DNA of 64,000 nt from NCBI GenBank assembly GCA_001949185.1, contig BDGG01000001.1, positions 5,695,527 to 5,759,526 on the forward strand, in the 5' to 3' direction. The stretch comes from Ramazzottius varieornatus (lineage: Eukaryota > Animalia > Tardigrada). Position numbers and translations under genes: made by a program. Of this stretch, positions 26,783-39,634 are shown one piece after another. Numbering within the stretch: the first letter of the stretch is position 1; every line of letters starts with the position of its first letter. Under the pieces are notes generated by a model that worked only from the letters and a program-made list of their open reading frames with translations, made no database searches and was not told the origin of the DNA.

Positions 26783-28322
26783 ATGATCACATTGTTGCGA
26801 TGGCTTGTCTGCTTTTTCATCTACACCGTCGTTGCCCCATTCCAGACGGCTCATATGGATGTGGTACGAAGCTCACTCTGTGCTTGCTCCATGATTATAT
26901 TTGTCTTTCCTTGTAACACTGCACTTTCAGGTGATACCGGGATTCGCACCCGCCAATCAAGGACCGAGGAATCATTCCCTAGAAGCTATCGCAATTTCCT
27001 ACGGCCAGCACTTCCCCGATGACGGTCTAGTTGTATCATTGATCGGGTCCCGTCCGGATGCCAACGAAGGTTGCGCGCCATCACTTACCAAATTCAATCA
27101 TGATCAGTCTTTCAGCTTCATAGCCGACAATGCCAGTCTTCAAACGCTTTTGCCCGTTTTCACCGAGCCTTTCGCGTTACTTCTCCACAGATCCAAATGC
27201 CATCTTCGAGATACAGTAAGTCATGCTCAGTCCTGGTCGGCGAGATAGATAATGCGTTCTTCCTATCAATAGTAACCACCATGATTAATCATCAAGGACT
27301 CTTGCTTCTTCGTAGATTCGTGCGGCGAACAATGCGGGGTACTCCGCCGTCATTGTCTACGACCACGCCTACGTGGATCTGGCCGCTATCGCAATTTTTG
27401 ACGGTCTATTTACCAACGTCAGTCTCGCCACCTTTTTTCTGAGCTTCGTTGACGGTCGCATGCTGTGGCGCAGATGTCAATACCTATCTGGCTGTTACGT
27501 CGTAATTAACCCCAGTAGCGGCAACATCAACATCAGCTTGTTGTCACCGTCCTACGTTAACGGACGCGAGGGTATTCCCCTCAACACCAGCAGTTCCGAC
27601 ATTGCTAATGTCCTGCTGGGTTTTATCCCGGCAGTCAGCTACGTCTGCATCGTGCTTTCCGTCCTTCTCATCGTGATTGCCCGGGTGAGCCCGAAAAACC
27701 ATAATTGCATTCAATTAACCATCCGTTGTTGATCGACTTTGGACTTTGGAGGCCCCGCCTTCACTTTGGAGGCTCCCACATGTCACCCTCTAACATAATT
27801 GATCGATCGATAATTTCGATGACGAATTATTCACCGGCTTGTTTCACAGCGGTTCTTTCACTGTTCGCTCTTCGTTGTCTACAAAATTGTTATGGACCAC
27901 CATCCGACCAAGGTGGCTCCTGGCTGTGCAGGAAGCAATGTTGAACGTTCGGAAGACGGAAGTCCGACTCGCTGTTCAATTTGCCTGGATGACATCAAGT
28001 CAACTGACCGCATACACTCCATCCTACCTTGCCGTCACGGTAGACAGCGCCACCTCATATACTCTATCTCAATCCTTTTACCGTTGACACTCTGGTCCAG
28101 AGATGTGTTTTCCTGCTTTTAGTATTCCATCAAGTGTGCATTGAACTCTGGTTGCGGAAAGGCAAGCTTGTTTGTCCTCTGTGTCGTCGGAAGATAACCT
28201 TGGGTCGGATTCTTACCCACGTCTTCCACGATGGGAACCCAAAAGGTCCTCCGATCTACATCATTCCTTCTTGCCGATCAATACGTCCTCCTCCCAACTC
28301 TGTCCATCCCTTACCTACGTAA
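26783..28322 (+). CDS. PA-TM-RING E3 ubiquitin ligase (RNF13/RNF167/goliath family-like)
   Basis: Signal peptide MITLLRWLVCFFIYTVVA. PA domain (GC...LLHRSKC...IRAANNAGYSAVIVYD). TM segment. RING-H2 CSICLDD...LPCRH|VFHQVCIELWL...CPLCR across in-phase introns. Confidence 0.88.
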
Positions 28323-28599
28323 CATTGTTAACATTGTGACTTAGACAGCTCTTGTCTGCCACTTTGCAGGTTAAACAGTATTATCGACAAAGCGATTATT
28401 TTTATCTGATATTGTATCGTTCTGTCAGTTCTTCGATCTAGAGTCGTGATAAACTTAACTGTCATGACTTATCCATAGAGTGCAACATGACTATTAGTTA
28501 ATTGGATTCTGTGTCTGACTAGTCTAAAAATGTCGGAAACTCACGCAAATGCGAAACAATCATCCAAATTCAAAATGCACATGACATCTCGCTTAAGTT

Positions 28600-31500
28600 T
28601 TAGACGTGCGTTTCCCGAAAATCAATGTTAAGTGGTCCCTGCGCTCTCGAAATTACTGTTAGTGCCGGTACCAGTTCGCTCTCATTCGGCATTCTTCTGC
28701 CGGTGATACTGGACACCGGCGGTATCCTTCTAGGACTGGCTAGAGCTGAGCCAGGTGACTCCAGTACCTCTTTCGCCCCTCTTCGAATGTCCGCCGAAGA
28801 ACTGACTAAATAAGCCCGTAGGACTGCCATGAAAGACTGCTGGGTGTCCTCTACTTCGGTGAGCACGTGGTAGAGCGCGTAAGCCGGTATGAGTAGGACA
28901 GGGAGCACGGCGAGCAGCCATCCCACCGCCTGTGTCCAGTGGGGGAAGACCATCCCGTTGTAGTCGAGTGGCTGATGGGTCGCCCAGCTGGCCAACACGA
29001 GAAACTACCCCAAAAGATAAAAAGATCACATTATTCGACATTTGGAACCTCGGTAAACCAATTCGATCAGGTCGCTTGTCCCATGTAGCGCACCCTTTCA
29101 GCTAACGTGACTGAAAGTGTGCGCCACTTTGGAAAGCCATATGGTTGAGTTTCATGGAACAGCTAGACATCTGTTGTTCGTCAGGTGTTTTCGGGGAATT
29201 TACCAGGGTGGACAGTGGAACTAGTGTGTACCACAGAATTCTGTAGAAGTAGCTGATATTGCGTCCGATCATTTCTGTGATGTTCCGGGCAAAGCGTGGG
29301 GCGCCGTAGATCAGAATGACGGTCATCTCGAGAAAGGCGAACAGGATTAACGGCCAGCTGGCGACGAAGTAGTCGAAGAGCCGCACCCAATACAAGCCCG
29401 CCTACGTACGGAGAACAATTAGCTGTGACGGCAATGGCAGAGCATACTCCTCTGGATATGATTTTTTTCAAGACTCGAGCGGTTCATCCCACCGATGTAC
29501 CTTCGTAGTAAAGAGCAAGCCGATTAGGAAAGCGCAGGAGCAGACTATCAGAATGATCCACCTTTTGCTGTTGCGTACTCCCGGCCAGAGGTCAGTTATT
29601 CCAGTTACCACTAAAAGCTCAGAATGCACCATCTTTTTCCCTCTTTCGAATGGGCTGGCAGGGACAGTATTTTACCTGTTTCGATAATGGCAAACTGAGT
29701 ATCGAGACCGAAGCAAAGGAGCTGCAAGGGAAAGGATCCATAAAATAAGGTACACGTATAACGAGAAATTATAGGCCAGGCGGAAAAAACGGCAAATTGA
29801 AATTCAAACGTAGGAAAGTGGCGAAAGATGTAATGCTGTAAATCAGTCGCGTACGTACGTTATTCCCTACAGCCGCAGTGAAAAAGACTGGTCGATAATT
29901 TTTAGTGGCCCATAATTTCTCATCCTACGTGTATATAATTTGTAGGCTCGACATCAATTGACGTAACAAGGAAGTTCAGCTACTTACCATGAGATTGAAG
30001 AGAATGGCCCAGAACGTCTACCGAAGAAATCAATTTTGCCGCGATAAGAAGACAGACGTACGAGTGTCATGTCACCACACGAAATCTAGAACTCTGGCTT
30101 GATCGCGATCGCTCACCGGAACGGGCATCCGTGTTATAGCATCTGCAAAGATTGTGGGATTAATTAGAGGATGCTTTTTTGATTCACCGTGCGGAAAAGG
30201 TTTTCCCGCAAAAGACAGAGGAACACTTTACTCACCCGGAAATATGGCGAATACAAGGCCTGGCCCTTCCCGGACTACGCGCGATACCTATGGACCACAT
30301 ACACAACAAGTCAGCTGTGAACACGCAGCACCTAGATGGGCCAGCTGGGTAATCTGAAGAACTTACCGGAAGCCCCAGGTGTCCTGCCATGAAGCCGATG
30401 GTCTACAGCACGAAACACATGCACAGTGGTTTTTTTAGATCAAAAATGAAGAGTACTAGTGATGCACTAACCGAAAAGACTGCGAAACCAGCCAGTAGTG
30501 AGGATAGTCCGCTGAGCAAGGAAAGCGTTACGGCATCGAAATAGAAGTTGTGACTGCACGGAAACGAATGCGTACATCTTTCTTGGGCAGGATTCTATAT
30601 ACAGATGTAATTCGCATTGAATATCGCTTACCTAAACTTACTGTACGATGCATACCTTGAAATAACACATATTTTTGTGCTGGCGGAAACAGGAGAAATT
30701 AAAGGGTATCAACGGAAAGGGGATTCACGCTTACGTACGTGATGAGTCCTCCACCGCCGACACTGAGGTTGAAGAAGACTTGTGCTGCCGCCTGGACCCA
30801 CACGGTCAAGGAAGCCAGTTGGTTCCAGTCAGGCACAATGAAGTAACGGACACCCATCAGTGCGTTTTCCAGCGTGGCACCACGGAAGGCAAAGATCAGC
30901 AGGCAAATCAAGGGGAAGATTGTCGTAAACCAAACAACTGCAGAAACCAAAAGGATAGCACTGTACAGCTGTATCCGAACTTGCCTCATCTAGCATATTC
31001 AAACTTCTCCCGAGTTGGCTTACCTTTGCCGCTGCTTTTGATACCTTTGATCAAACATAAGAAGCAAATTAGCCAAGACAGCGCTAGGCACAACGTGAGC
31101 CTCCAATCCGGCGAGCCTGGCTCCGAGATGGATGGGGATAATTTGAGAACGTATCTGTGGAAAAAAAGCATAATAAATGGACTTTCCCAAATTCTTGAAA
31201 CTATATTGCTTCAAGTCGACTGAGTTGGGCATTGTAAGTTTGCTTTTGCTTTGTAAGCTGAATGTAATTTTCTTTTTTTCCAGATAACGAACTCAATCAT
31301 TTTTTCTCTGATTTCCCATGACCAAATCCTTACTGATTGAGATAGTCTTCGGCGGAACTAACACGAAGACTGGGAGGAATGACGGAGATTCCCGTTTGTT
31401 GAGCAAATTCTCCGGTGAAGCACAGCTGGTTGTATACACCGCCCAGGCGGTTACACGCTTGGAAGTCCTGGTCTGAGAAGCACAGAGAAGAACTGGATAG

Positions 31501-32526
31501 TGCGGGTCCGCAGTGGCTCCACGGTACATCCCCGCGGAAACTGGCGAATAAGTAAAACAACGTCCAGGCCACAACCTGATCGAAGCAAATATTGTGAGTG
31601 CGTGTTGTCCTCTTGGGAATTAGTGCAAACGTTAAAGACGGAGTGTACGATTATTGACACGCAATGAGGCGTTAAGAAAGGCTTGAAGCAGTAAGGCACA
31701 AACGTACCATTGAATAGTATGTACAGATCAGGAACTGGTTGACCACAATGGCCACACCCAAACCTATAATCCACACACGAAAGAAAACAATCGGTGTTGG
31801 AAGGAGTAACAAGCTTTGATAATAAAAACACGTAAATTTCACGAGTTCAAGTACCTCCAAACAAGGGGCACAGTTTCTGAAAGACAACGGCAGGACCCAG
31901 TCCGGTGTACTGGCCGATAGCGAGCTCCAGTAAAACCAGCGGGATACCGACCAGTATCAAGACGGCAAAATAGGCGATCTACATACATAGGGATGCCTCA
32001 CGTATTGCCCGATTTTCTACGGTTTGTTCGGTAACTTTATTATGTTTTGCTTACCACAAATGCTCCTCCGCCAAGCGAGTATGCCAAATATGGAAATCTC
32101 CAGACCTAGAAAAAGCAAATGAACTTACTCGGCTGATTCCCGTAAATAAAGTCCAGTCTGTCGGGCATTTTTTTAAAGTGGAATTTTGTAATTCGGCTCC
32201 AGTTGATCACCTACGTTGCCGAGACCTATGGCGTAACCCAAGCAAGACAGGTAATACTCCCAGCGGCTCGTCCATGTTTCCCGCTGCTCTTCTGTCCGGC
32301 GATCCCGTTGACCCGCCTCGACCAAGCTGCTGTTCAAGTCTGCTTCCGTTTGACTCCTCTTGAAGAACGCTCTTTTATTCTGTTCAACAGCAAAAAATCA
32401 GTAAAAACAAGAAGTCATTTCTTAGTGACCCGTTTTTGCATCACCGCTGTGCAGTTGAGTTCCCGTCTTTCTGAGTGATCTTCTTACCAGACGCTGCTTG
32501 AACAAATCCAGCAACTTCTGAGCCAT
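28600..32526 (-). CDS. SLC6 sodium:solute symporter, amino-acid-transporter type, many exons
   Basis: RETWTSRWEYYLSCLGYAIGLGN|VWRFPYLAY..GGGAF, KGIKSSGK, AAAQVFF, GPGLVF..FP, FGLDTQF, GLYWVRLFDYF, FPHWTQAVGW. Gly rather than Asp in TM1, so not a monoamine transporter. Confidence 0.93.
29753..29931. mobile_element. Small TA-flanked MITE in an SLC6 intron
   Basis: Imperfect TIR CACGTA..A.GAGAAATTAT.GGCCA with TA on both sides. Confidence 0.7.
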
Positions 32527-33490
32527 ACCGTCAAAACAGAGGGCTTTCAACCCGAACACAAAATCACCCAACGTGGAATCCCATTTCCATGATTTTTCTC
32601 CAATCTTTTTCCGCCGTCAAATAATTTACCGTTTCCTCATTTCCGGTCTTTCTCGCGGTTGTCTCATTACTGCCTGCAGGTGGTAGTATATATCAATAGC
32701 CGAAGCACTGTCATCCGAACGTATCATCATCATATCAAAATCGGCACCGGAACGTTTGAATCATCCAACAGAATACAGAAAATAAGATGGAGGCTAACTT
32801 GTTTACAGACGTGCAACAAAGCTTATACACCGGCTCAAATTTGACGGTACTCTTCGCTGCTATTTTGATGAAAAGATTCACTATGATGCTCCAATGGCAC
32901 AGTAGGAACGTTCAACGTTGAGAGAGGTTCAAAACCGGTACCAACAAGCTGCGCCGATATTCCGCAATGATCTGCTGTATAAACATATCGATAATTGGCC
33001 TACCTACCAGCCAACCTTTACCTCACATCTCCCTGCTCCGTCAGACAGATCAATTCGAAGGTTGAGGTTGTTCACCTTCGCCGAAGTCTTTTCAGACAAA
33101 ACAGGGGCCCTTTTTATCGATTTTACATTCTCATTGACACGCAATAATATTATACTGGCTCTTACACACCGTCTATCGTCCACTTTCACACGCCGCCCAT
33201 CCTTCTAATGTTTAACTGGTCAAGCCTCTTCGTCTTTAACCTCCATACAGCATTCAAGAACTTTCGGCCCAATATTCCGTGATCAGTCGAAGTGATGATA
33301 CGACCATCCACACCGGGCTTCATTGCCAACATGTTGAAATACTAAGCTGCCCACTGAATCTACGCAGTCATATTTGCGGTTTTAAAACAGGAAGTCGAAA
33401 AATACTCAGATAAGTAAATAGTAAGATCTTGACACAGAAAGCTGTCAAAAGGAAATGTGGCAGGGGGTTTCGTACCATCATTCATCTTGG

Positions 33491-36280
33491 CTATAGCTTG
33501 GCTGCCAAAATTGGAACTTCTTCAGAACAGGTTGGGTGAATGGAAACGGTTTCACCAAAGTCCTTCCTGGTAGCGCCCATCCTGATGGCAATGGCGAACC
33601 CCTGCATAGCTTCGTCACTTCCGGGTCCCACCATATGCAGTCCTACAATCTGTAAAACCACGAACCATCTAGCCACAGTAATCGCAGTTCAAAATATGAT
33701 ATCAAGGTTCAACCATACCTTGTCGTCGGACTTGGTAGAAATCATTTTGATAGCTGCTTTGGCTTTGTGCTGTGTCATGGCGTAATACATTGGCGTGAAA
33801 GACGTATTGTCAATTCTAATCTTATCTTCCCCATACTTAGTCTTGGCTTCCTCTGGAAAGGAAAAAATAAGCTGAGACAAACAGGAAAAGTCTCGAAATG
33901 GAAACGGGACAGGGAGTGAGGACAACCTGTCTACCTTCGTTCAGGCCGACAGAGGCCATCGGTGGATGGCCAAAGACCACACTGGCAATATTATCATAAT
34001 TCAGGTATGCTTTGTCATTACCAAACAACCTGGTTGCCAGCCTTCGACCAGCCGCAATCGCCACCGGTGTCAGCTCTTTCTGGCCGGTAATGTCTCCCAA
34101 CGCGAAAATATTATCTCTAGAAGTCTTTTGGTACTTGTCCACGTGAATACGCCCTCTATCATTCACCTCTATACCCTAAAAATATGCGAGCCAAAACTAA
34201 ACAAAAGTTCATTCTGTCCCACTTTAGTATTTCTGACCATGGTTCATATTCAGACAACGATTAGATTTCGGCAAACAAACTTAGCCAGATCGTTTCCCAA
34301 GTGACGCACGTTGGCTGCCGGTAACATTAGAAGCGTGCACCACTTGGGACAAAAGTCACGGCGAATACGCTCGCCGAGTTCCCAGTCTGTTAGTGCTCCT
34401 TTCTATGACAAATAAATTTGCTTAATCATTTTGCTCAAAATGATTTATTTTTTACCATTTTTCGTCTTTATCTTGTGAATTACCAATTGTTTCACTTCGA
34501 TTTGGTCGGCGTTGGACGATCTCCCGATCGCCCACAGCACGCAATCGAATCCTCCATATTTCTTCACCGGTGTTACCAGCGTCAGGGTCTTGTCTTCCGC
34601 CTTCTCCACCGCACTGACTTTCACATTGAAGTGTAAGTTAATGCCGATGCTTCTGAACTGCTCCGTTACGGCGTTCCCCAGCATTTCGTCGTGATGGATG
34701 AGAGGCCTTTCCTCCTTGATAAAGATTTCTGCTTTGCTGCCCAATGCGCGAAACATCCCGCATATTTCGACACCTACAGAACGGTTCGCTTTCATATTTG
34801 TAGACATGACACTTTTAGCACCTTTTGACGTTCAAGTGTGTGATGAAGTGAGCTATGAATCGAGCCAATGGACAACCAACCACTTACCGATGTATCCACC
34901 TCCGACAACAGCCACACTCTTTGGCTGCTTCTCCAACTGGAAAAATCCATCACTGTCAATCCCCAAGTCGGCGCCTACAAAAATAGTCCACGTGAAGGTA
35001 TTCACGGGCAATGAATAACCAAGAACCAAACACAGAGCGAAATTTGGACGCTCGGTAAACCAATTGGAACAGATCGCTTTCTCAAGTAGCGCACGTATTC
35101 AGTAATATTCGATAAAAACGTACGCCACTTCGGACTACGATCTGGTTGAGATGGTTTGCGCAGCTCTTTCAAGGAGGCGAATTAGCTCTTCGCGAAAACT
35201 GCCCAAAAGTCAAACCTGGAATCTCTGGCCACTTTGGTCGTCCACCAGCCGCAATGAGGTAAAATCTGCCTTCTAGGGTTCTATCGCCCACTTTGAGGTT
35301 TCCGTCCTGGTCGAACTTGCCTCTACCTTGCACCAGCTCGATTCCATCCTAAACCCCACAGCAGTGTGAAAACTAGAAAGACTATGTGAAAAGTGCAGGA
35401 CTTCAACCTTTGGGGTTTGATTCTTCGCAATACTGCAGGTGGCATAAGCAGTCACATGAGCGTACCTTCTTGAGGTTTTCTCTGTAAATTCCATTGAGCG
35501 TCCTGACATACGCATCGCGCTTCTCTTTGAACTTTAGCCAGTCAAAGCCTCGATATTCTACATCGAAGCCGTAGTCTTTCATGTCATGTTCCAAAGACAT
35601 GGCTAGGGAGGCGGCGTTCCAGGTGATTTTCTTCGGTACACAACCCACGTTCACCTGCAACGTTACAGTCTTCATTAACTTCCATCGGTCCAGAACCATC
35701 GCAAAGATCAATCATACAGTAGGTGTATGTTTACAGCAGTTGCAAGGCGAATAAAATTACACAGGTTCCACCGAGTTCGTGCTTGGCTTCGACGAGAACA
35801 ACCTTTGCGCCGAATGTTGCGGCTTTTCTAGCCGTGGCGATGCCACCTGTAAGGACGGAACACAATTGATTTGCAAGCGAGCAAAAAATCCAAAACAATC
35901 AATACCCCACATGTGATCGTAGAAATCGTAGAAACTCATCATGAGCCACGTGGTTGGCATCACTTCATTTAAGATAGCCCCTTGTGACGTCGCCGACTGC
36001 CATACAGTCAATCAGGGAAACACGCACCTGAACCACCTCCAAGAACGACGAGATCGTAGTCACATTCGTTCTTGTCGTTTCTGTTTTCGCTGACTGAAGC
36101 CCACTGCGAGACCTTCTCACCGAGGCTTGGCATCCTCACTTGTGTCAGCGTCCTGCTGGTTGAAGAAAACCCACGACGCAGCAAAAGGCCGATCACGATC
36201 TGCAGAAAAAAACGAGTTATTCCTAACAGGCTGTAACAGCCTCTCGCCAAGAGCGTGAGCTTGCAGAACGTGCTAACCAT
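33491..36280 (-). CDS. GSR: Glutathione-disulfide reductase
   Basis: [11 protein letters not shown]|GIATARKAA...LGGTC|[61 protein letters not shown] and HPTCSEE. No C-terminal GC(U/C)G extension, so not thioredoxin reductase. Confidence 0.95.
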
Positions 36281-36820
36281 GAGTGACAGCAGAGCTCACC
36301 GACCAACCTGTTGCAAAATTATGAAACAATTCTTGCAAGATCAGGCATGTCCAAGAAATCGAGAAGGAATCATGGGCTTAGTACCGCTTACTCAACCTAC
36401 AATGACGAAGCGGTCGAATCAAGAAAACTCAATCAAGCGGTTTGCTGTCATGGCGTCATACGCCGCTCTGTTTATTCGGGCAGGTTTATCCCTTTCACTA
36501 CCTGTTGATTGAACTTTTGTCGAGCACTGACCGACCGGAAATGCTGACGAAGTATTGACCCTCCGACAACAAGGGCTTACAAAGATAGATTTCACCGCTG
36601 GTGGAATTACACCGTTGGTGGCACTGGCTCCGCCCGCACCGCACGACTGGGCCATACGTTCTACGAAAACTCACATTCCACCAACTTTCTGGTGTAATTA
36701 CGACCTACTCCGGAGCGACTCGTAATCCCACCAGCTGAAATTTTTAGTTTCCATTTCGCTTTACCGACGCTATTTCTGTAACCTAGTCCTTCGCCAAGCC
36801 TTCCCTTCTTCAATCATGTC

Positions 36821-37760
36821 ATGGCTTTTCTTCCTGATGCTCAATTAAGCATGCCAAAGCTACAGCCCATCCGATTTAAACCTGCAAGTTCGCAGTTGCA
36901 ACTGGGACCGAGTGCTCCGTTTGTCGAAGCCGCCGCCAAGCGCAATCCCAAGCCTCGTGGGCCACAGGTTCGATGGGCCAACACGGCCGCTCAGGACTAC
37001 CTTTTGCAGTGGATTGAAGAGCAGGGCAACTGGGCTTAGTGGCGTTGCGCTGAGACCAAGACGGCTGCCGGTCAGAAGACGTCTAAAGACACGAAGATGA
37101 AAGTACTATGATCTATTGTGGATCAATTGAAAGCAAACGGCATCGACAACGTGTCCGTAGATTCCCAGAAGTACAAGCTCGCGTCCTTTGAGAGCTTTTA
37201 CCGGGATGCCCATGCCCTGTTCGGGAAAACGGAAGAAGGTGTGACAGAAGACGATATCCAGCAGAAGATCAACACTCTCAAAGGTTCCGTCTCCAGCTGT
37301 CCAAACAAATCAACTCGCTGACCAGGCTGTTTTCCTGCCAAAAGCCTAGTCGGGCATGTCAAGTAATCAAGCGATCAATCCGAAATATTTTGTTATCAGT
37401 TGACTGCTGATTTAGCGCAATAGGTTTTGAAGTGGTGAAAGTTGGACTTTGGTTGCAAGCAGAAGTACACCGTTAAGAATCTCAGGTTTCATCACCTCTT
37501 CATCCATTCACCTGTCTTTCATTTCTAGATAAGGTGGAACTAGCATGTCCTTTCTGGAGCCGCTTACATCCTATATTCCGTGACAGTCCCAAGCTGGTTA
37601 CGCCATATGAAGCGGACAATACTGATGCAGCAGACGATGCAAACAGCTTTTAATGAGCAACGGAAAGGACATGGAAGCTGACTTACTCGATCTGGACGTA
37701 CCTCCTATGATAGCTGGTATGCTTACTGATCAACCTACGTCCCCCGAAGCGTCGGATGCA
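36821..37760 (+). pseudogene. Harbinger Myb/SANT-like accessory ORF, disrupted
   Basis: VRWANTAAQDYLLQWIEEQGNW*..IVDQLKANGI..KLASFESFYRDAH and a later exon CPFWSRLHPIF. In-frame stops. Confidence 0.65.
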
Positions 37761-37868
37761 TCACAAGTCTAAGCCAGACGAACAGAAGCGCAGTCCGCAA
37801 ACCTCTTGCTACAGATTCAACTTGCGTGTCTCAGACAGCAGCCAGAGAAGAAAGATTTTCAACAAGAG

Positions 37869-39095
37869 TCATTCCACGTATCGATGTGCTTCTAGTACAA
37901 CTTGTTTAACGAACTCGCTCTTCTTATTTCCTTCTGTTTCCTTCTCTTGTTTCCTTCTGTTCCGAAATTCTTTCGGTAACTGGATGATCTTCTGCTCCTG
38001 AGTCTTGTTTTTTTTTTCTGAACCATCTTTCAATCCAGGGTTGTAGCAGTCTTGTGTCAGTAGATTGTGAAGAATGCAGCAAGCCCGGATCCAGTAAACG
38101 ACCGTCACCATTATTCAGAACATCCCGTAGTCCTTTCAGGCTCTGGGATCCACCGTTCAGCATACCATTGCAATGTTCAACCTTCATACGAACTTGCGAT
38201 AGTCGATAGCTGGACTGCTTCTTCTCCTCCCGCAAAGCAGCAGATTTCTTGCAGGAGCAAATGACGTTGGGAGTGTTCGTCTGCGCACTATCAGCCATCA
38301 GGAAACCTCAAGAGCTTGGAGTTGCTTAATACGCGGTTGTCGTGCGCGGACCCACGAAATCCCGCGAAACCAATACCTGATCCGCTTCTGATCGTCACAT
38401 ACAATTAGCGTGTTGATCCCATACATTGACTTATGACTGAAGTAGTCCGAGCATTCCATGTTGGGCTTGTTAACGGAAGCAATAAGAGTTTCATCCACGA
38501 ATCCCAAGTAGTTTGGAAATGCTGATTGTTCAAAGATACATTTCTTCATGGACTTCTTCTCTGCAGTTCCGGCCAGAAGACCTCGTCTTTCTCCATGCTG
38601 AGCAGCGCCACAATTGCTCTGTGGATATATAGCCCGACAGCCCTTTCTGATGCACCAAGATGACTTGCCACTTTGCCAACTGCGACACCATTACCTGAGC
38701 ACCCAAAACGAAATAGTGCTACCATCAGTTCGAGTTCAATGGGACGTTTGCGATTCCGCGATGCGTTACTGAGCACGCGATCTGTTGACAAGCGGTTCAC
38801 GAGATTCGAAAAGGCTTCCCTCAACATTCGGACATCTTCTTTAGAGCGAACGTCGTTAGCTTATTCAAAGGGGTGTCCACAAAATGGGTGCTTTTGGGAA
38901 TCTTTGTCGACACTTCGTCAAGATGCAACGTCGAGCTCTAAGTACGGTCACTTCATCGTCGCTGATGCTCGACCCGGCGGAAGACTGGTCACTCTCGTCT
39001 GACGATGGCACACAGAAGCCAGCAGATGAGGGTAAAAATCCGATAGGATGGTTAATCTTCCTGAGAATAAGGGTTCTTTCCTTCAGCTGAGGCAT
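37869..39095 (-). pseudogene. Harbinger (DDE_Tnp_4 / HARBI1-like) transposase, disrupted
   Basis: LMVALFRFG, FPNYLGFVDETLI, YFSHKSMYGINTLIVCD, MADS, RMKVEHCNGML and ACCILHN spread over several frames. Confidence 0.88.
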
Positions 39096-39634
39096 GTTCG
39101 CAAGAAAATCAAGAAGCGCGTTGCGCGAATAGGAATATGCGAAATTTAAAATAGAAATCGGAATGTCTGAAAAATCACACGCTCGGGGCTTCAAAGTCTG
39201 AAGTAGGCCGTTCAAATTTTCATGATTACCTCGAGGGTTTGATAGCTTGAATTAAATAGAGGGCGGATCCACCAAGAAGATCTTGTTAATTACACCACCG
39301 AGTGAACATTATCTTTGTAAGCTCTTAATGTCTGGTGATCGATGCGGTTTTGAGTGGATGATGTCATTCTGAATCTGCTTCGTCATTTCCGACTGTAGGT
39401 CTGTAACTCTTTTGATGCTAGTTTTATGTAATCTCTTTGACGGAAGCGATTAGTTCGAGAATCTGAGGTATGTCGTATGATTGCAAACTGTAAGGATTTT
39501 GACGAAGAACTAATCCCTCCAACAAACAAGTGCTGTAAAAGGTCGAAATCTATATCATCGGCGGACTGTTTTTCTCTCGCAGCTTCTTCCCTGAGCTGCT
39601 GCTTGAACCACTATCCATCCAGAAATCGCGAAAG

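Larger units (their letters stand above)
36573..39324. mobile_element. PIF/Harbinger DNA transposon, full-length but decayed
   Basis: TIR G(G/A)GCTTACAAAGATA at both ends; TTA/TAA on the right flank, CAA on the left. Two convergent ORF remnants (Myb/SANT-like and DDE). Confidence 0.88.

Noticed and set aside
28600-32526. SLC6 gene as a glycine supplier completing the glutathione cluster
   Set aside because: It lacks the TM6 Trp typical of glycine transporters; adjacency alone is not evidence.
33491-33560. Thioredoxin reductase or selenoprotein reading of the flavoprotein
   Set aside because: The protein ends at [15 protein letters not shown] with TAG and has no GCUG/GCCG tail.
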